From assembly GCA_965214935.1 (NCBI GenBank), contig CBDCCS010000022.1:608001-672000 (forward strand): DNA of 64,000 bases, read 5' to 3'. Under the pieces are notes generated by a model, which worked only from the letters and a program-made list of their open reading frames with translations, was not told the origin of the DNA and did not search any database. Source of the stretch: Candidatus Velthaea sp. GTDB lineage: Bacteria; Vulcanimicrobiota; Vulcanimicrobiia; Vulcanimicrobiales; Vulcanimicrobiaceae. Made by a program: the position numbers and the translations under genes. Below, in pieces: positions 1 to 9,600 of this stretch (positions within the stretch are counted from its first letter, which is position 1; each line of letters starts with the position of its first letter).

Positions 1-142
1 CATCGATCTGTACCGCGAGGGCCGATTTCCGTTTGACAAACTCATCACGTTTTATCCGTTCGCCGAGTTGAACGCAGCAATACGCGACTCGGAAAATGGC
101 AAAGTCGTCAAAGCCGTCGTGCGCATGAACCACTCAGCGTGA
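1..142 (+). CDS. C-terminal fragment of a Zn-dependent (aryl-)alcohol dehydrogenase, truncated by the window edge
   Basis: Frame 2 reads IDLYREGRFPFDKLITFYPFAELNAAIRDSENGKVVKAVVRMNHSA*, a typical XylB-like C-terminus. Its TGA overlaps the pobA GTG (GTGA). Confidence 0.75.
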   Translation, partial: IDLYREGRFPFDKLITFYPFAELNAAIRDSENGKVVKAVVRMNHSA

Positions 143-1329
143 GCGCCGCTCGGACGCAAGTTGCGATCGTCGGTGCCGGGCCGGCGGGTTTGATGCTCGC
201 CCACCTGCTGCAGCGCTGCGGTATCGAATCCGTCATCATTGAAACACGCAGCCGCGATTACGTCGAACGGCGCGTGCGCGCCGGCGTGCTCGAACATGAA
301 ACGGCGAACCTGCTCGAAGCGACGGGCGTCGGCGCGCGTATGCGCCGTGAGGGCCTCGTGCACCGCGGTATCGAGTTACAATTCGAGGGCCGCCGCAAAC
401 GCATCGACTTCGCCGAATTAACCAGCGGGAAATCGGTAACGGTCTACGGTCAGCAAGAGGTTGTCAAAGACCTCATCGCAGCGCGGCTGGCAACCGGCGC
501 AGCCGTGCTTTTCGAGCACGAAGTCGTCGCGATCGATGCCGACGGCACGGACCATGCAACGCTCCGTTACCAGCCGGCCGATGGGCCGATTCAAACGCTC
601 GAAGCCGACTTTATCGCCGGGTGCGACGGCTTTCACGGTGCGTGTCGCGCAGCGATTCCCAGCGCTCGCATCGCGCTGTACGAACACGTCTTCCCCTTCT
701 CGTGGCTTGGCATTCTGGCCGAGTCGCCGCCGGTTTCCGAAGAGCTGATCTACGCAAATCACGAGCGCGGTTTTGCACTCGTCTCGATGCGTTCGCTTAG
801 CATCAGCCGGCTTTATCTGCAATGCCGCGTCGACGAAGAACTTGCGCTTTGGCCGGACGAACGCATTTGGGCCGAACTGCGCGAACGGCTCGGCAGCGAT
901 GACGGAGGACCGGCGGTTACGGCTGGCGCGGTGCTGCAAAAAGGGATTACGCCGATGCGCAGCTTTGTGTGCGAGCCGATGCGATACGGCCGGCTGTTTC
1001 TGGCCGGCGACTCGGCACACATCGTTCCACCAACCGGCGCCAAGGGCATGAATTTGGCAATTGCGGACGTGCGGGTACTTGCGAAAGCGCTCGAAGCGTA
1101 CTACGCCGATGCAAGCTCCGCTCTGCTCGATGCCTATTCACAGACATGTTTGCGCCGTATCTGGAAGACCCAGCGGTTCTCAACGTACATGACCGGAATG
1201 CTGCACCGCTTCGACGATCATGGGCCGTTTGAACGTCGCGTGCAGCTTGCGGAACTCGACAATGTCACGAGCTCGCGAGCCGCGGCCACGAGTTTAGCTG
1301 AAAGCTATGTCGGCTTACCGTTTGCGTGA
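139..1329 (+). CDS. pobA: 4-hydroxybenzoate 3-monooxygenase
   Basis: GAGPAG FAD motif, RVRAGVLE, VTVYGQQEV, GCDGFHG, GDSAHIVPPTGAKGMN and the terminal LAESYVGLPF. Confidence 0.95.
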   Translation: MSAARTQVAIVGAGPAGLMLAHLLQRCGIESVIIETRSRDYVERRVRAGVLEHETANLLEATGVGARMRREGLVHRGIELQFEGRRKRIDFAELTSGKSVTVYGQQEVVKDLIAARLATGAAVLFEHEVVAIDADGTDHATLRYQPADGPIQTLEADFIAGCDGFHGACRAAIPSARIALYEHVFPFSWLGILAESPPVSEELIYANHERGFALVSMRSLSISRLYLQCRVDEELALWPDERIWAELRERLGSDDGGPAVTAGAVLQKGITPMRSFVCEPMRYGRLFLAGDSAHIVPPTGAKGMNLAIADVRVLAKALEAYYADASSALLDAYSQTCLRRIWKTQRFSTYMTGMLHRFDDHGPFERRVQLAELDNVTSSRAAATSLAESYVGLPFA

Positions 1330-2105
1330 AAACGCATCACGCCGGCTCCGTTAGCGGCAGGCGCATTTCCGACGGTTTCATCCGGGCCGAAGGCAACGAT
1401 CGCAGCGTTTACCGCTCGTACCGCCACGGCGACGATACACGCGTTTGAACGGTGTTCTACACGGAGCGACCACGCCGACGGCGGTCCGTAAGGTGCTTCG
1501 ATCGCGCCGAAGTACGGCGCAATCGTGTCGCAGGCCGCGACGCTGAAGCGATGAAATTCGTAGCCGAGGCCGAGGCCGATTGCTTTCGCAAACGCCTCTT
1601 TACTCGTCCATAAACGTAAGAAGATACCGTTTCGATCTTCGGCGCGTGCCGAGCGTAACGTTTGCACTTCTTCGCGTGCAAAGTAACGTTCGGCAATCGC
1701 CAGAGCGTTCGGCACCGGACGAGCGCATTCGATATCGATGCCGACGGGCGTCGAGAAGCTGACGGCAACGACGGCATGCCTTGCGCAGTGTGCAAGACTG
1801 TACCGCAGCTCGGATCCGGCATCGATGAGCGGCCGGCCCGTCGGGCTCGCGCGAAGCGGCACCGCGACCGGCAAGCAGTCGAGATACGACCCAAGGATCG
1901 TGCGGACGAAGACGTGCGCTGCGACATAGCGCGCACGATCGCCCGCACGTAAGAATTTAGCGGCGCGCGTTCGTTCGGCAAACGATAAACTCGTACGGGA
2001 GCGCGCTGCATCGGCCGCTTCTTTCGTAAAGTCGAGCGAATGCAAATGCACCTCTCGGCCGGCCGGCAGCGCTCGCGCGAACGGCACGTTAACTACGTAC
2101 GTCAA
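1305..2105 (-). CDS. 4'-phosphopantetheinyl transferase, Sfp/HetI family (start uncertain)
   Basis: GRP..YSLAH, VGIDIE and LWTSKEAFAKAIGLGL motifs. Confidence 0.85.
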   Translation of the reverse strand: MTYVVNVPFARALPAGREVHLHSLDFTKEAADAARSRTSLSFAERTRAAKFLRAGDRARYVAAHVFVRTILGSYLDCLPVAVPLRASPTGRPLIDAGSELRYSLAHCARHAVVAVSFSTPVGIDIECARPVPNALAIAERYFAREEVQTLRSARAEDRNGIFLRLWTSKEAFAKAIGLGLGYEFHRFSVAACDTIAPYFGAIEAPYGPPSAWSLRVEHRSNACIVAVAVRAVNAAIVAFGPDETVGNAPAANGAGVMRFHANGKPT

Positions 2106-2345
2106 GTCGCCGGAAGCCTACGTACCGCAAGCATCGTCGACCGCTTACATCGCCTCGCGTTACTTTTCGTGCATTAGGGCCGAACGGCATATACTTCGAG
2201 CTCCAGCACTTTGACATTATGAAATCACTCTCGACACCGGCGGGGAGCAGCCGAACAGAAGCGTCGTCGCAGCCTGCTTGCGACGACTGCAGCCGCCGAA
2301 ATAGTCGACCAGTGTATAGCACAGCAGTCGTATGAGGTTAAATAA

Positions 2346-3383
2346 ATGCAACTTGAGTCCACGTTCCGATTCGATGAACCCGATGATGACGTCCCGCACT
2401 TTGAATATAATCCGTTTCCCGTCGTGCCGGGTCCGCTCGGTGCATTGAGCCTGTTGCCCGGCAAGTGGCAGGGCAAAGGTTTTAACACGATTTGGCGGCC
2501 GTTTCACGACACAACGCCGGCCAAGCAAGACCGCTTCCTCGAGTTAAATCTTACCGATGAGTCGATCACCTTCGATGCAATCAACGGCGCAATACCGAAT
2601 CGCGGCTTGTTGCAGCCCGATATCAATATGTTCGGCTTGACCTACTTACAGCAGATAGCGGATTCCAATGAAAACGGCGCGGGCCTTCACATCGAACCCG
2701 GCATCTGGTGCACCGTCCCGGCCACAACGAATCCGCCCGAGCCCAGTACAATCGTCCGCATGGCATCGATTCCTCACGGAACCACCGTCATGGCGCAGGG
2801 TGTTGCCGTCAGCGTCAACGGGCCGCCGAAAATAGACGCAGCTTCCATCACGCCCTTTGTCATTGGTGACCCGGCAAAATTGATAAAGTTTCCCGAGAGC
2901 AATCTCGGTGTGCCGACGGCATTTCGCTCGCACGCGCCGCAGATCGACGGCATCACGCAAGCAATGGTCGACAATCCGAATTCGGTGCTTCTCGATGCCA
3001 TTAAGGGACAGGTCTTTCAGAGAACCATTGCGTTGATCGTGTCAACCGATCCGACGGCACCCGTGCTCGGCGGCGGCACCGACAATACCGGTTTTCTTGC
3101 CGGATCGAAAACGGGCGGCCCGAACGCGCAAGGCGCGAACATGACCGCAATCTTTTGGATCGAACTCGTCAAAGGCACGCCGGACTTTCTACAACTTCAA
3201 TACACGCAAACAGTCTTGCTTAATTTCAATGGACTGAGCTGGCCGCATGTTACCGTTGCAACGCTGCGGAAGGTCGAAGACAAGCCGGTCGATTTGAAGC
3301 TGCTCGCTCCGCGGATTCCGCCGGAAGTCCGGACCGACATCGACGAAAAAAGCCGTCAAATTCGGCAAGGCTTCCTGAAGTAG
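2346..3383 (+). CDS. Putative heme-binding beta-barrel protein (FMP-type peroxidase-like)
   Basis: LGALSLLPGKWQGKGFN, IPNRG, LHIEPGIW, RMASIPHG, LQYTQTVLLNF..WPHVTVATL. GAGG SD upstream. Confidence 0.65.
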   Translation: MQLESTFRFDEPDDDVPHFEYNPFPVVPGPLGALSLLPGKWQGKGFNTIWRPFHDTTPAKQDRFLELNLTDESITFDAINGAIPNRGLLQPDINMFGLTYLQQIADSNENGAGLHIEPGIWCTVPATTNPPEPSTIVRMASIPHGTTVMAQGVAVSVNGPPKIDAASITPFVIGDPAKLIKFPESNLGVPTAFRSHAPQIDGITQAMVDNPNSVLLDAIKGQVFQRTIALIVSTDPTAPVLGGGTDNTGFLAGSKTGGPNAQGANMTAIFWIELVKGTPDFLQLQYTQTVLLNFNGLSWPHVTVATLRKVEDKPVDLKLLAPRIPPEVRTDIDEKSRQIRQGFLK

Positions 3384-3409
3384 TTTACGCTGAACACATA
3401 GGTGAGCTC

Positions 3410-4963
3410 ATGACCGAATCGCTCGTCCGAAGCCGCTTTCGTCAGCTGAGTGCATGGGTGACGCTCTTTAGCTTAAGCTTCGCGGCGAGCTCGGTCGCAT
3501 GCGCACAGGTTCCGCCGGCCCCGGTCATTGCCGTCCCGGCCGCCGGAACAACGGTTCGCGGCCGGCTTACCGATCGAGGGCAACCGCTCGCAGCAACGAC
3601 GGTTGCTTTCTATGACTCGCAAAAACGACTTGCAGGCAGCGCAGAGACAGACAGCTCCGGCAATTACCAGACATCTTCGCTTGCGCCCGGTTCTTACACC
3701 GCTCGTGTCGTCAGGGCCGGCGGCTTTGCACCGCTACCGGTCGCGAATTTTAGCGTCGATACGCCGGCCGCGTCGGCGACGCCGCTGCTGCTTCCCGAAT
3801 GGCACGCCCCCTTAGCGCCCGCTCATGCAGTTCCGGCTGCCCCGCAAACGGCGTCACCGCCGGATGCCGCACCGCCCCCGGCGCCACCCGTGCCGCTGAG
3901 CGCTCCTCCGTCAACGCCGCGACCCGTAAGCGCCGCCGCTCCCGCACCGGATCGAATGACGCTAGGCGCCGACCGGCTATTTTACGTCACCGACCGTGCG
4001 CAAGGCACAGCAACCGATTCATCATCTTTCAACGCGCTGCCGGAAGATGAGTGCGCCGACCTTCCCGGCTGTACGTTGCGCTATGGAAGCGTCGCAATGG
4101 ATTCGAGCGACACGACATCGTTACAAGTCGAGCAGTTTTTTTCGCAAGTCGCCTTCGCGGCCCGGAGTGACGCTAAGCGTGACGTCGTCCTGTACATTCA
4201 CGGTTGCTGCACTGATTTTGCAACCGCTTTGACCGAAGAGCGCCTCGTGGCTGCCGATATCAGTTCCGCGCCGGTAATCGTCTACAGCATTCCGGCGAAA
4301 AATAACACGACGCTGTTCCCCGGCATCGTCATGCCGCTAAATTATTTTTATGATGAAAACGAGTACACATGGAGCTTTCCGCACCTTACCAAATTACTCG
4401 ATGAATTACTTGCGTTGCGACCCGCCGTTCGAATCAACGTGTTGGCGCATAGTCTGGGCAATCGGGTGTTCATTTCGGCAGCTCAACTCTTCGCATACGA
4501 ACATCGAAGCGATCGTGCTGCACCATTTGGCAATGTCGTTCTTCTGGCACCCGATGTCGATACGCAAACGTTCGTTGAGACGGCACCGTTGCTCCGTGAA
4601 CTAGGCGCACATATCACCGTCTATCGCTCCGACAACGACGAGGCGATTCACGGCTCCCAGATCATCCACGAGCACCCGCGGCTGGGCCGCGTCGACAAGT
4701 CGCAATACTTCTCGGGCATCGCGCCGGCGGTCGACGCGATCGATGCGACGACGTTTAAGTGTGAAGCGACCGGTCACTTTTATTGGAAGCTGAGCTCGAT
4801 CGTACGTGCGGATATCGCCGCAGCGCTCAGCGACGTCCGTCCGACGGCAAGCCGTCGTGCGTCGGCGCTTGTGGCGACCGGACCGGCATCCTGGCAGTTC
4901 CAAATTGGATCGGCCATAAATTCGGGTGATTGTCCCGCAATACCAACAAATCTCGATGGCTAA
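3410..4963 (+). CDS. Secreted alpha/beta hydrolase (DUF900-like) with an N-terminal carboxypeptidase-regulatory-like domain and Pro/Ala linker
   Basis: Signal-like N-terminus, FYVTDR, YIHG, AHSLG nucleophile motif, LLAPDVD and HPRLG. Confidence 0.7.
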   Translation: MTESLVRSRFRQLSAWVTLFSLSFAASSVACAQVPPAPVIAVPAAGTTVRGRLTDRGQPLAATTVAFYDSQKRLAGSAETDSSGNYQTSSLAPGSYTARVVRAGGFAPLPVANFSVDTPAASATPLLLPEWHAPLAPAHAVPAAPQTASPPDAAPPPAPPVPLSAPPSTPRPVSAAAPAPDRMTLGADRLFYVTDRAQGTATDSSSFNALPEDECADLPGCTLRYGSVAMDSSDTTSLQVEQFFSQVAFAARSDAKRDVVLYIHGCCTDFATALTEERLVAADISSAPVIVYSIPAKNNTTLFPGIVMPLNYFYDENEYTWSFPHLTKLLDELLALRPAVRINVLAHSLGNRVFISAAQLFAYEHRSDRAAPFGNVVLLAPDVDTQTFVETAPLLRELGAHITVYRSDNDEAIHGSQIIHEHPRLGRVDKSQYFSGIAPAVDAIDATTFKCEATGHFYWKLSSIVRADIAAALSDVRPTASRRASALVATGPASWQFQIGSAINSGDCPAIPTNLDG

Positions 4964-5612
4964 TGCCGTAGTAACATCTACTGCGTCGGTAAATCGCAAC
5001 GCCTTACGTTCCGGCAGATTCCGTGTGGCACAAACGTCCCCCACGCAAGACCGGTGCCGCCGTCACATGTCAGCGGATGAAATGACCGCAACGGGGCATC
5101 AGGCAATCGTATGCGTCCATAGGGCAACGCCGAGCGATTAGCGATGGCCGAAAACCGAAGCGAAACGATCGCTAACGCTTTTTGACGAATCGTAAAGCTG
5201 TTCATCGCGGAGACACCCTAGCGACTTTCGTGTCGACGAATTCGAAACGGAACATCATTTCGCGCAGCTTGACCCCGCCAAGCGGAGCGTTACGGCGCAC
5301 CAATAGCACCGCGGACGATCAGCTCGCTCGACTCGAGCGACACCGCCACGAGTCCCTGTCGGCCATCGTCTCCTTAGCGCCGGCCGCAGATGCAAACACA
5401 TGTCAACGAGCCGGTTCGCCTTGGTCCCGAAGTCGTTCTGCAGTAGAGTCGTTCCGTACTCAACAGACTCGGCGCTCGAACTTATTACCAGCAATTTTTC
5501 GTTCCGTGCGGTGGATAAGCATGTCCTTCGAGCAGCGGTTCTTAAATGTGACCGTGCGCAGCACGAAGCAAGAAGCGCGACGACCGAGTTTCATTATGGA
5601 GTCGAACAACGT

Positions 5613-6416
5613 ATGTCATACGTTCATGGCTACGACGTCAAGGAAAGCATCCGGCTACAGGATCAAGCTGCGACGCTCACCGAGCTGCTGCACTCGGATA
5701 CCTCATTCGAACCCGGGACCAGCGTTCTCGAAGCCGGTTGCGGAGTCGGAGCCCAGACCATCATTCTTGCCTCACAAAACCCGGCCGCTTCGATCACGTC
5801 GATCGATCTGTCAGCTTCCTCGGTCGCGCAAGCACGGGCAGTTATTGCGGCGCACGGCTTGACGAACGTGGCGGTTCAGCAAGCGGACATTTTCGATCTG
5901 CCGTTTCTGCCGGATTCTTTCGATCACGTCTTTGTCTGCTTCGTGCTCGAGCATTTGCGATTTCCCGTTGAAGCGTTAGCTGCTCTTGAAGCCGTTTTGA
6001 AGCCCGGCGGGACGATTACGCTCATTGAGGGCGATCATGGCTCGACGTTCTTTTGGCCGCGGAGCGAGTTTGCAAGTAAAGCCGTTCATTGCCAGATCGC
6101 ACTGCAAGAGCGTGCCAGCGGTAACGCGTTGATCGGCCGCGAACTTTACCCGTTGCTACGCAGAGCCGGTTACACCGAAATTCGCGTATCACCCCGAATG
6201 GTTTACGTCGACTCGAGCAAGCCCGAGCTGGTTGATCGGTTCACGATCAAGACATTTACGGCGATGATCGAGGGCATCCGGGACGCCGCACTTGCAGCCT
6301 CGATCATCAGCCCGGTCGACTTCGACCGAGGCATAGCCGATCTCCATCGAACCGCTCAAGCGGATGGTGTCTTCTGTTACACGTTTTTTAAGGCAAAAGC
6401 CATTAAGAGCTGCTAG
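5613..6416 (+). CDS. Class I SAM-dependent methyltransferase
   Basis: MSYVHGY start after GGAG, VLEAGCGVG, FDHVFVCFVLEHL and LKPGG. Confidence 0.85.
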   Translation: MSYVHGYDVKESIRLQDQAATLTELLHSDTSFEPGTSVLEAGCGVGAQTIILASQNPAASITSIDLSASSVAQARAVIAAHGLTNVAVQQADIFDLPFLPDSFDHVFVCFVLEHLRFPVEALAALEAVLKPGGTITLIEGDHGSTFFWPRSEFASKAVHCQIALQERASGNALIGRELYPLLRRAGYTEIRVSPRMVYVDSSKPELVDRFTIKTFTAMIEGIRDAALAASIISPVDFDRGIADLHRTAQADGVFCYTFFKAKAIKSC

Positions 6417-7068
6417 CAGATTTCCGGCTTGCGTGCATCTTCGACGACCAAAGCAGCATCGACGTACGTTCGTGGCATGTGCCGGTCCGTTCGAACCTGC
6501 AACCAGGCCGAATCCCGGTGAAACGCCGGCTAAGCCCCTCCTGCTTCCGTTCTCTCTTGGTGCCGGACCTTCGGCCGAAACGAGCGCGCATTTCTGCCCG
6601 CGTCCTTACGGCAGTGACGCCGGGAACGAAACGGTCGAGACTCATCGACGCAGCGCTCGAACAAACCAGCCAGCCGAAACCGGCATTGCGCGCAAACCTA
6701 CCAAGCTGTCCGCGTCGACATTCGTTCGGGTCAACGACGAGCGCTCAGCCGTGTTAGCATGCTGCAAAACAACGTAGCGTAGCGTCTATGCAAGTCGGTC
6801 GTAGGTAGCTCGATCATAGAACGATTGACCGATTTGTCTGAACAGTGATATGAATTCGCTTGCCGGCGGCGTTCGGGAATGGCACCGTTAACGCCGGCTG
6901 AATCCGGCGTAACGGCAACGTTGCATCCTAATGTTAACCGAGCTCATTCAAAACGCTAGTCAGGACGAATAGGACGCTCGCGGTCGGCAGCGTTCACAAC
7001 CGATTACGGCCTAGCGAAGTTGCGTCAGCTCCGAGTGCGTCGACTGCAGCGTCGGGCCTCGCCGAACG

Positions 7069-7419
7069 CTACTGACTCGTACTCGTATTCCGAAACATAT
7101 CGAGGCGCATTTGCGCGTCATCCGAACCCTTGGATGCCATCGCCTGCATTTTGGCATTCTTGCCACACTTTGCTTCGATTTGATCGATTCGCTTTCCGAC
7201 ACTTTCATGCAGCATCATGAGCGTGACGAAGTCTTTATCAACATCACCGGTCAGTATCGTCGAAGCTTTTGCCGAAACGGCAGTATTCAGCATCGATTCG
7301 GCTTGAGAGCAGTCGGAGATAACCATCGAATCGTCGGCGACAGCCGGACGTGCAGTCGTTATTGAGCTCGAAGCCGTTGCAATGAGAGCAGCAAGCAGAA
7401 TAAGTGGTAGTTTTCTCAT
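7069..7419 (-). CDS. Small secreted helical protein, DUF305-like
   Basis: MRKLPLILLAALIA signal peptide. GDVDKDFVTLMMLH resembles the DUF305 GDxDxDFxxxMxxH motif. Confidence 0.55.
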   Translation of the reverse strand: MRKLPLILLAALIATASSSITTARPAVADDSMVISDCSQAESMLNTAVSAKASTILTGDVDKDFVTLMMLHESVGKRIDQIEAKCGKNAKMQAMASKGSDDAQMRLDMFRNTSTSQ

Positions 7420-7699
7420 TTCGTTCTTTCTTCTAAGAGTGAGTGACGATGGGGTTGTCAAAAGCGAACCATCGCAGGAAATATTCCAGGCAAGGCCGCG
7501 CTGGTCGTTAGCGGAAACACTATCATTGGTTCGAGGTTTTCTGCTTGTCGGAACTTTGCAACGGTTTGTGACGCAAGACCTAAGTGTCGTTAGCGAATCG
7601 CAGAGTAGACGGTCTATGCTTCGGTCGCCGAATAACAAACCACAACAAGCAACATCCAACAGATGCGATTCGGCAAAGGAGCCGCGAGCTGCCGGAATC

Positions 7700-8025
7700 G
7701 GCATCAAGACCGTACCACTCTTGTTTTTGGTTGTCACTCCATAAAAGTCACGATAGGAATGGTCGTCAAAAAATGTTAGTCTGTCGCCAGATTGAGGCCA
7801 ACATTCGCGCAACGTCATCAAGACCGTACCACTTTTTTTTTCCGTCACTCCACAGATTTCACGATAGAATCGATCTTTGAAAGATGGTAGCCTATCATGA
7901 ATGTGCGGCTAACAGTCAGACAATGTCGTCAAGACCATACCACTCTCGCTTCTGCCGTCACTCCACAAAATTCACGATAGAATCGATCTCTGAAAGATGT
8001 TAGCCTATCGCGATCGTGCAGCGAG
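7700..8025. repeat. Three degenerate tandem ~112-bp non-coding repeats, each able to form a long hairpin
   Basis: Units start near 7700, 7814 and 7925 and share TCAAGACCRTACCACT..GTCACTCCA..TCACGATAG..A(G)ATG(G/T)TAG. Confidence 0.85.
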
Positions 8026-8689
8026 TTGTGACCCGAGCGCGCGAAAACAAGCTAATCGTTTCATGGCTACGTTTCATTGTACCGGCATCTTGAGGTAAGT
8101 GCTTACGCGACTGGTATCGCTTAAATGCACGGCCTTTAGCGATTTGGCCGAGCACTTCAGTGCGCCGAGCTAACAACCGCCCGAATGAACGTGGACGTAT
8201 CATTGCACTCATTCGATCAAGAATCGATCGTTTAGCAACGCAACGATTGCAGCATTCGTGCCGAAGCGCACGGTAATGATATTGGAAACTATTTACCTGC
8301 CCCTAGCTTATAATCGGTCGCAACGTCCCCCGACACCAGGTTGGCACGATCGATGCGAGCCGCGGGAATGAGCGCCGCGCGATATCGCGCAAGATATGCC
8401 TGAACCGCGAGCGCGCGTAGGATGGCGAAACGACCGACGTGCGCGCAAGCGTAACCAAATACACTTAATGCGTATCGCGAATGATTCTCAAATGAAGTGT
8501 ACGACGCGGACGGACGCCGCGACGGAATGAGGCTGCCGTCGATTGCTTTCAGAAGCGCGCCTTTGCCGCTGACATTGTAGGACTCAGCCGATGAGGTTCA
8601 ATGGCGCGGGTGCGATCGCAACGGCGGTTGCGCCTTGCGGCGCCAAGTGCTGCAACGGACGATAGTCGGAAATGCCCGATTTGGGCTAC

Positions 8690-8765
8690 TGGAGCCGACG
8701 AGCGGATTTGAACCGCTGACCTGCTGATTACGAATCAGCTGCTCTACCAACTGAGCTACGTCGGC
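8690..8765 (-). tRNA. tRNA-Thr(CGT)
   Basis: Reverse complement GCCGACGTAGCTCAGTTGGTAGAGCAGCTGATTCGTAATCAGCAGGTCAGCGGTTCAAATCCGCTCGTCGGCTCCA: 76 nt, anticodon loop TTCGTAA, encoded CCA. Confidence 0.97.
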
Positions 8766-8981
8766 ACGAATGCGTGGATGGCCGAGCGTGCTTTTCGGCT
8801 GCCGGAAGCGCCAACCTTTCCGGTCCGGGCGATGCTCGGACATACACGAGTCCGCAGGTTATCCTGCGGACTCGCCGCTCGACGGAGAAGGTCCAGTTCT
8901 CATCTCGCGCTTCGGCTTTACCCAGGAACGCCTAAACTTGATACCTCACGGCAACAAGTGCAAGAGCCGAATGTAGTTAAT

Positions 8982-9464
8982 TTACAAAAGAACCATCCAT
9001 CGGTCGATACGAGCGGCATAGCAACCGCGCTTTGCATAGTGCGCGTGGACGTAGGCGATATCCGGTCGCAAAAATAGGCGCTCGAGCGCAGATTCGAGCT
9101 CCGTACCGTCGACAAGGTCGGCATCGTGCATCAAGCCGCCGGCGTCGAAACCGCGCAAACTTAGCGTTCGGATACGCAGCGCCCGTGGGACGGCACAAAT
9201 CCGATCGAACGGCTCCATGGCGCCTTCACGGACGAAGATGGCGTGGCTTGCACGGTACGGCGTTGCCGCATCTAGATGAACGTAATTGAGTAAAAGCGCC
9301 TGCTCGCCGACTTCGAGATCTCGCAGTTCTATGCGGTCGGGAAAGCCCGGATTTTCGTCTGCCGTATAGCGAAGCACACCGTTCGTTGCGAGCTCGACAT
9401 CGCTCATGCCGTAGAGATGGGAAAAGCGGGCCGACGGCAAGCCCGAAATGCGAAAGCGTAACAT
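8982..9464 (-). CDS. DUF1203 domain protein
   Basis: PGFPDRIELRD..GE..LLLNY, PY...HAIF, LSLRGFD and YVHAHYAKRGCYAARID. Confidence 0.8.
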   Translation of the reverse strand: MLRFRISGLPSARFSHLYGMSDVELATNGVLRYTADENPGFPDRIELRDLEVGEQALLLNYVHLDAATPYRASHAIFVREGAMEPFDRICAVPRALRIRTLSLRGFDAGGLMHDADLVDGTELESALERLFLRPDIAYVHAHYAKRGCYAARIDRWMVLL

Positions 9465-9600
9465 ACGCCGATCGTAAGCATTCGCGGCATTCCGGCGCCT
9501 ACCGCGCTTTGCTACGATATTTACGTGCCGAGCCTCCGTGGCGAATGTGCGAGCAACGAACGGAGGGTGCGCGCCCGGCAGACCGTATACGATTGCAAGC

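Noticed and set aside
5182..5862. 226-aa ORF and the 5400 start for the methyltransferase
   Set aside because: It overlaps the real gene in another frame and has no motif. The family-like sequence begins at 5613.
6364..6777. ORFs of 137, 92 and 80 aa in the gap after the methyltransferase
   Set aside because: No RBS, motif or convincing composition.
7420..7848. N-terminal extension of the 259-aa ORF with repeated KSGTVLM
   Set aside because: It is a translation of the DNA repeat; the third unit is out of frame and a clear signal peptide begins at 7419.
7796..8005. Integron attC sites (GGCTAACA...TGTTAGCC)
   Set aside because: Only one unit pairs well, the RYYYAAC/GTTRRRY consensus is imperfect, and there are no cassette ORFs between units and no integrase. 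Not formally excluded.
7700..8025. CRISPR array
   Set aside because: Units are ~112 bp, degenerate and homologous along their whole length, with no unique spacers. No cas genes in the window.
8600..8765. Prophage or ICE integrated at tRNA-Thr
   Set aside because: No integrase, phage or conjugation gene and no att duplication seen in the window.
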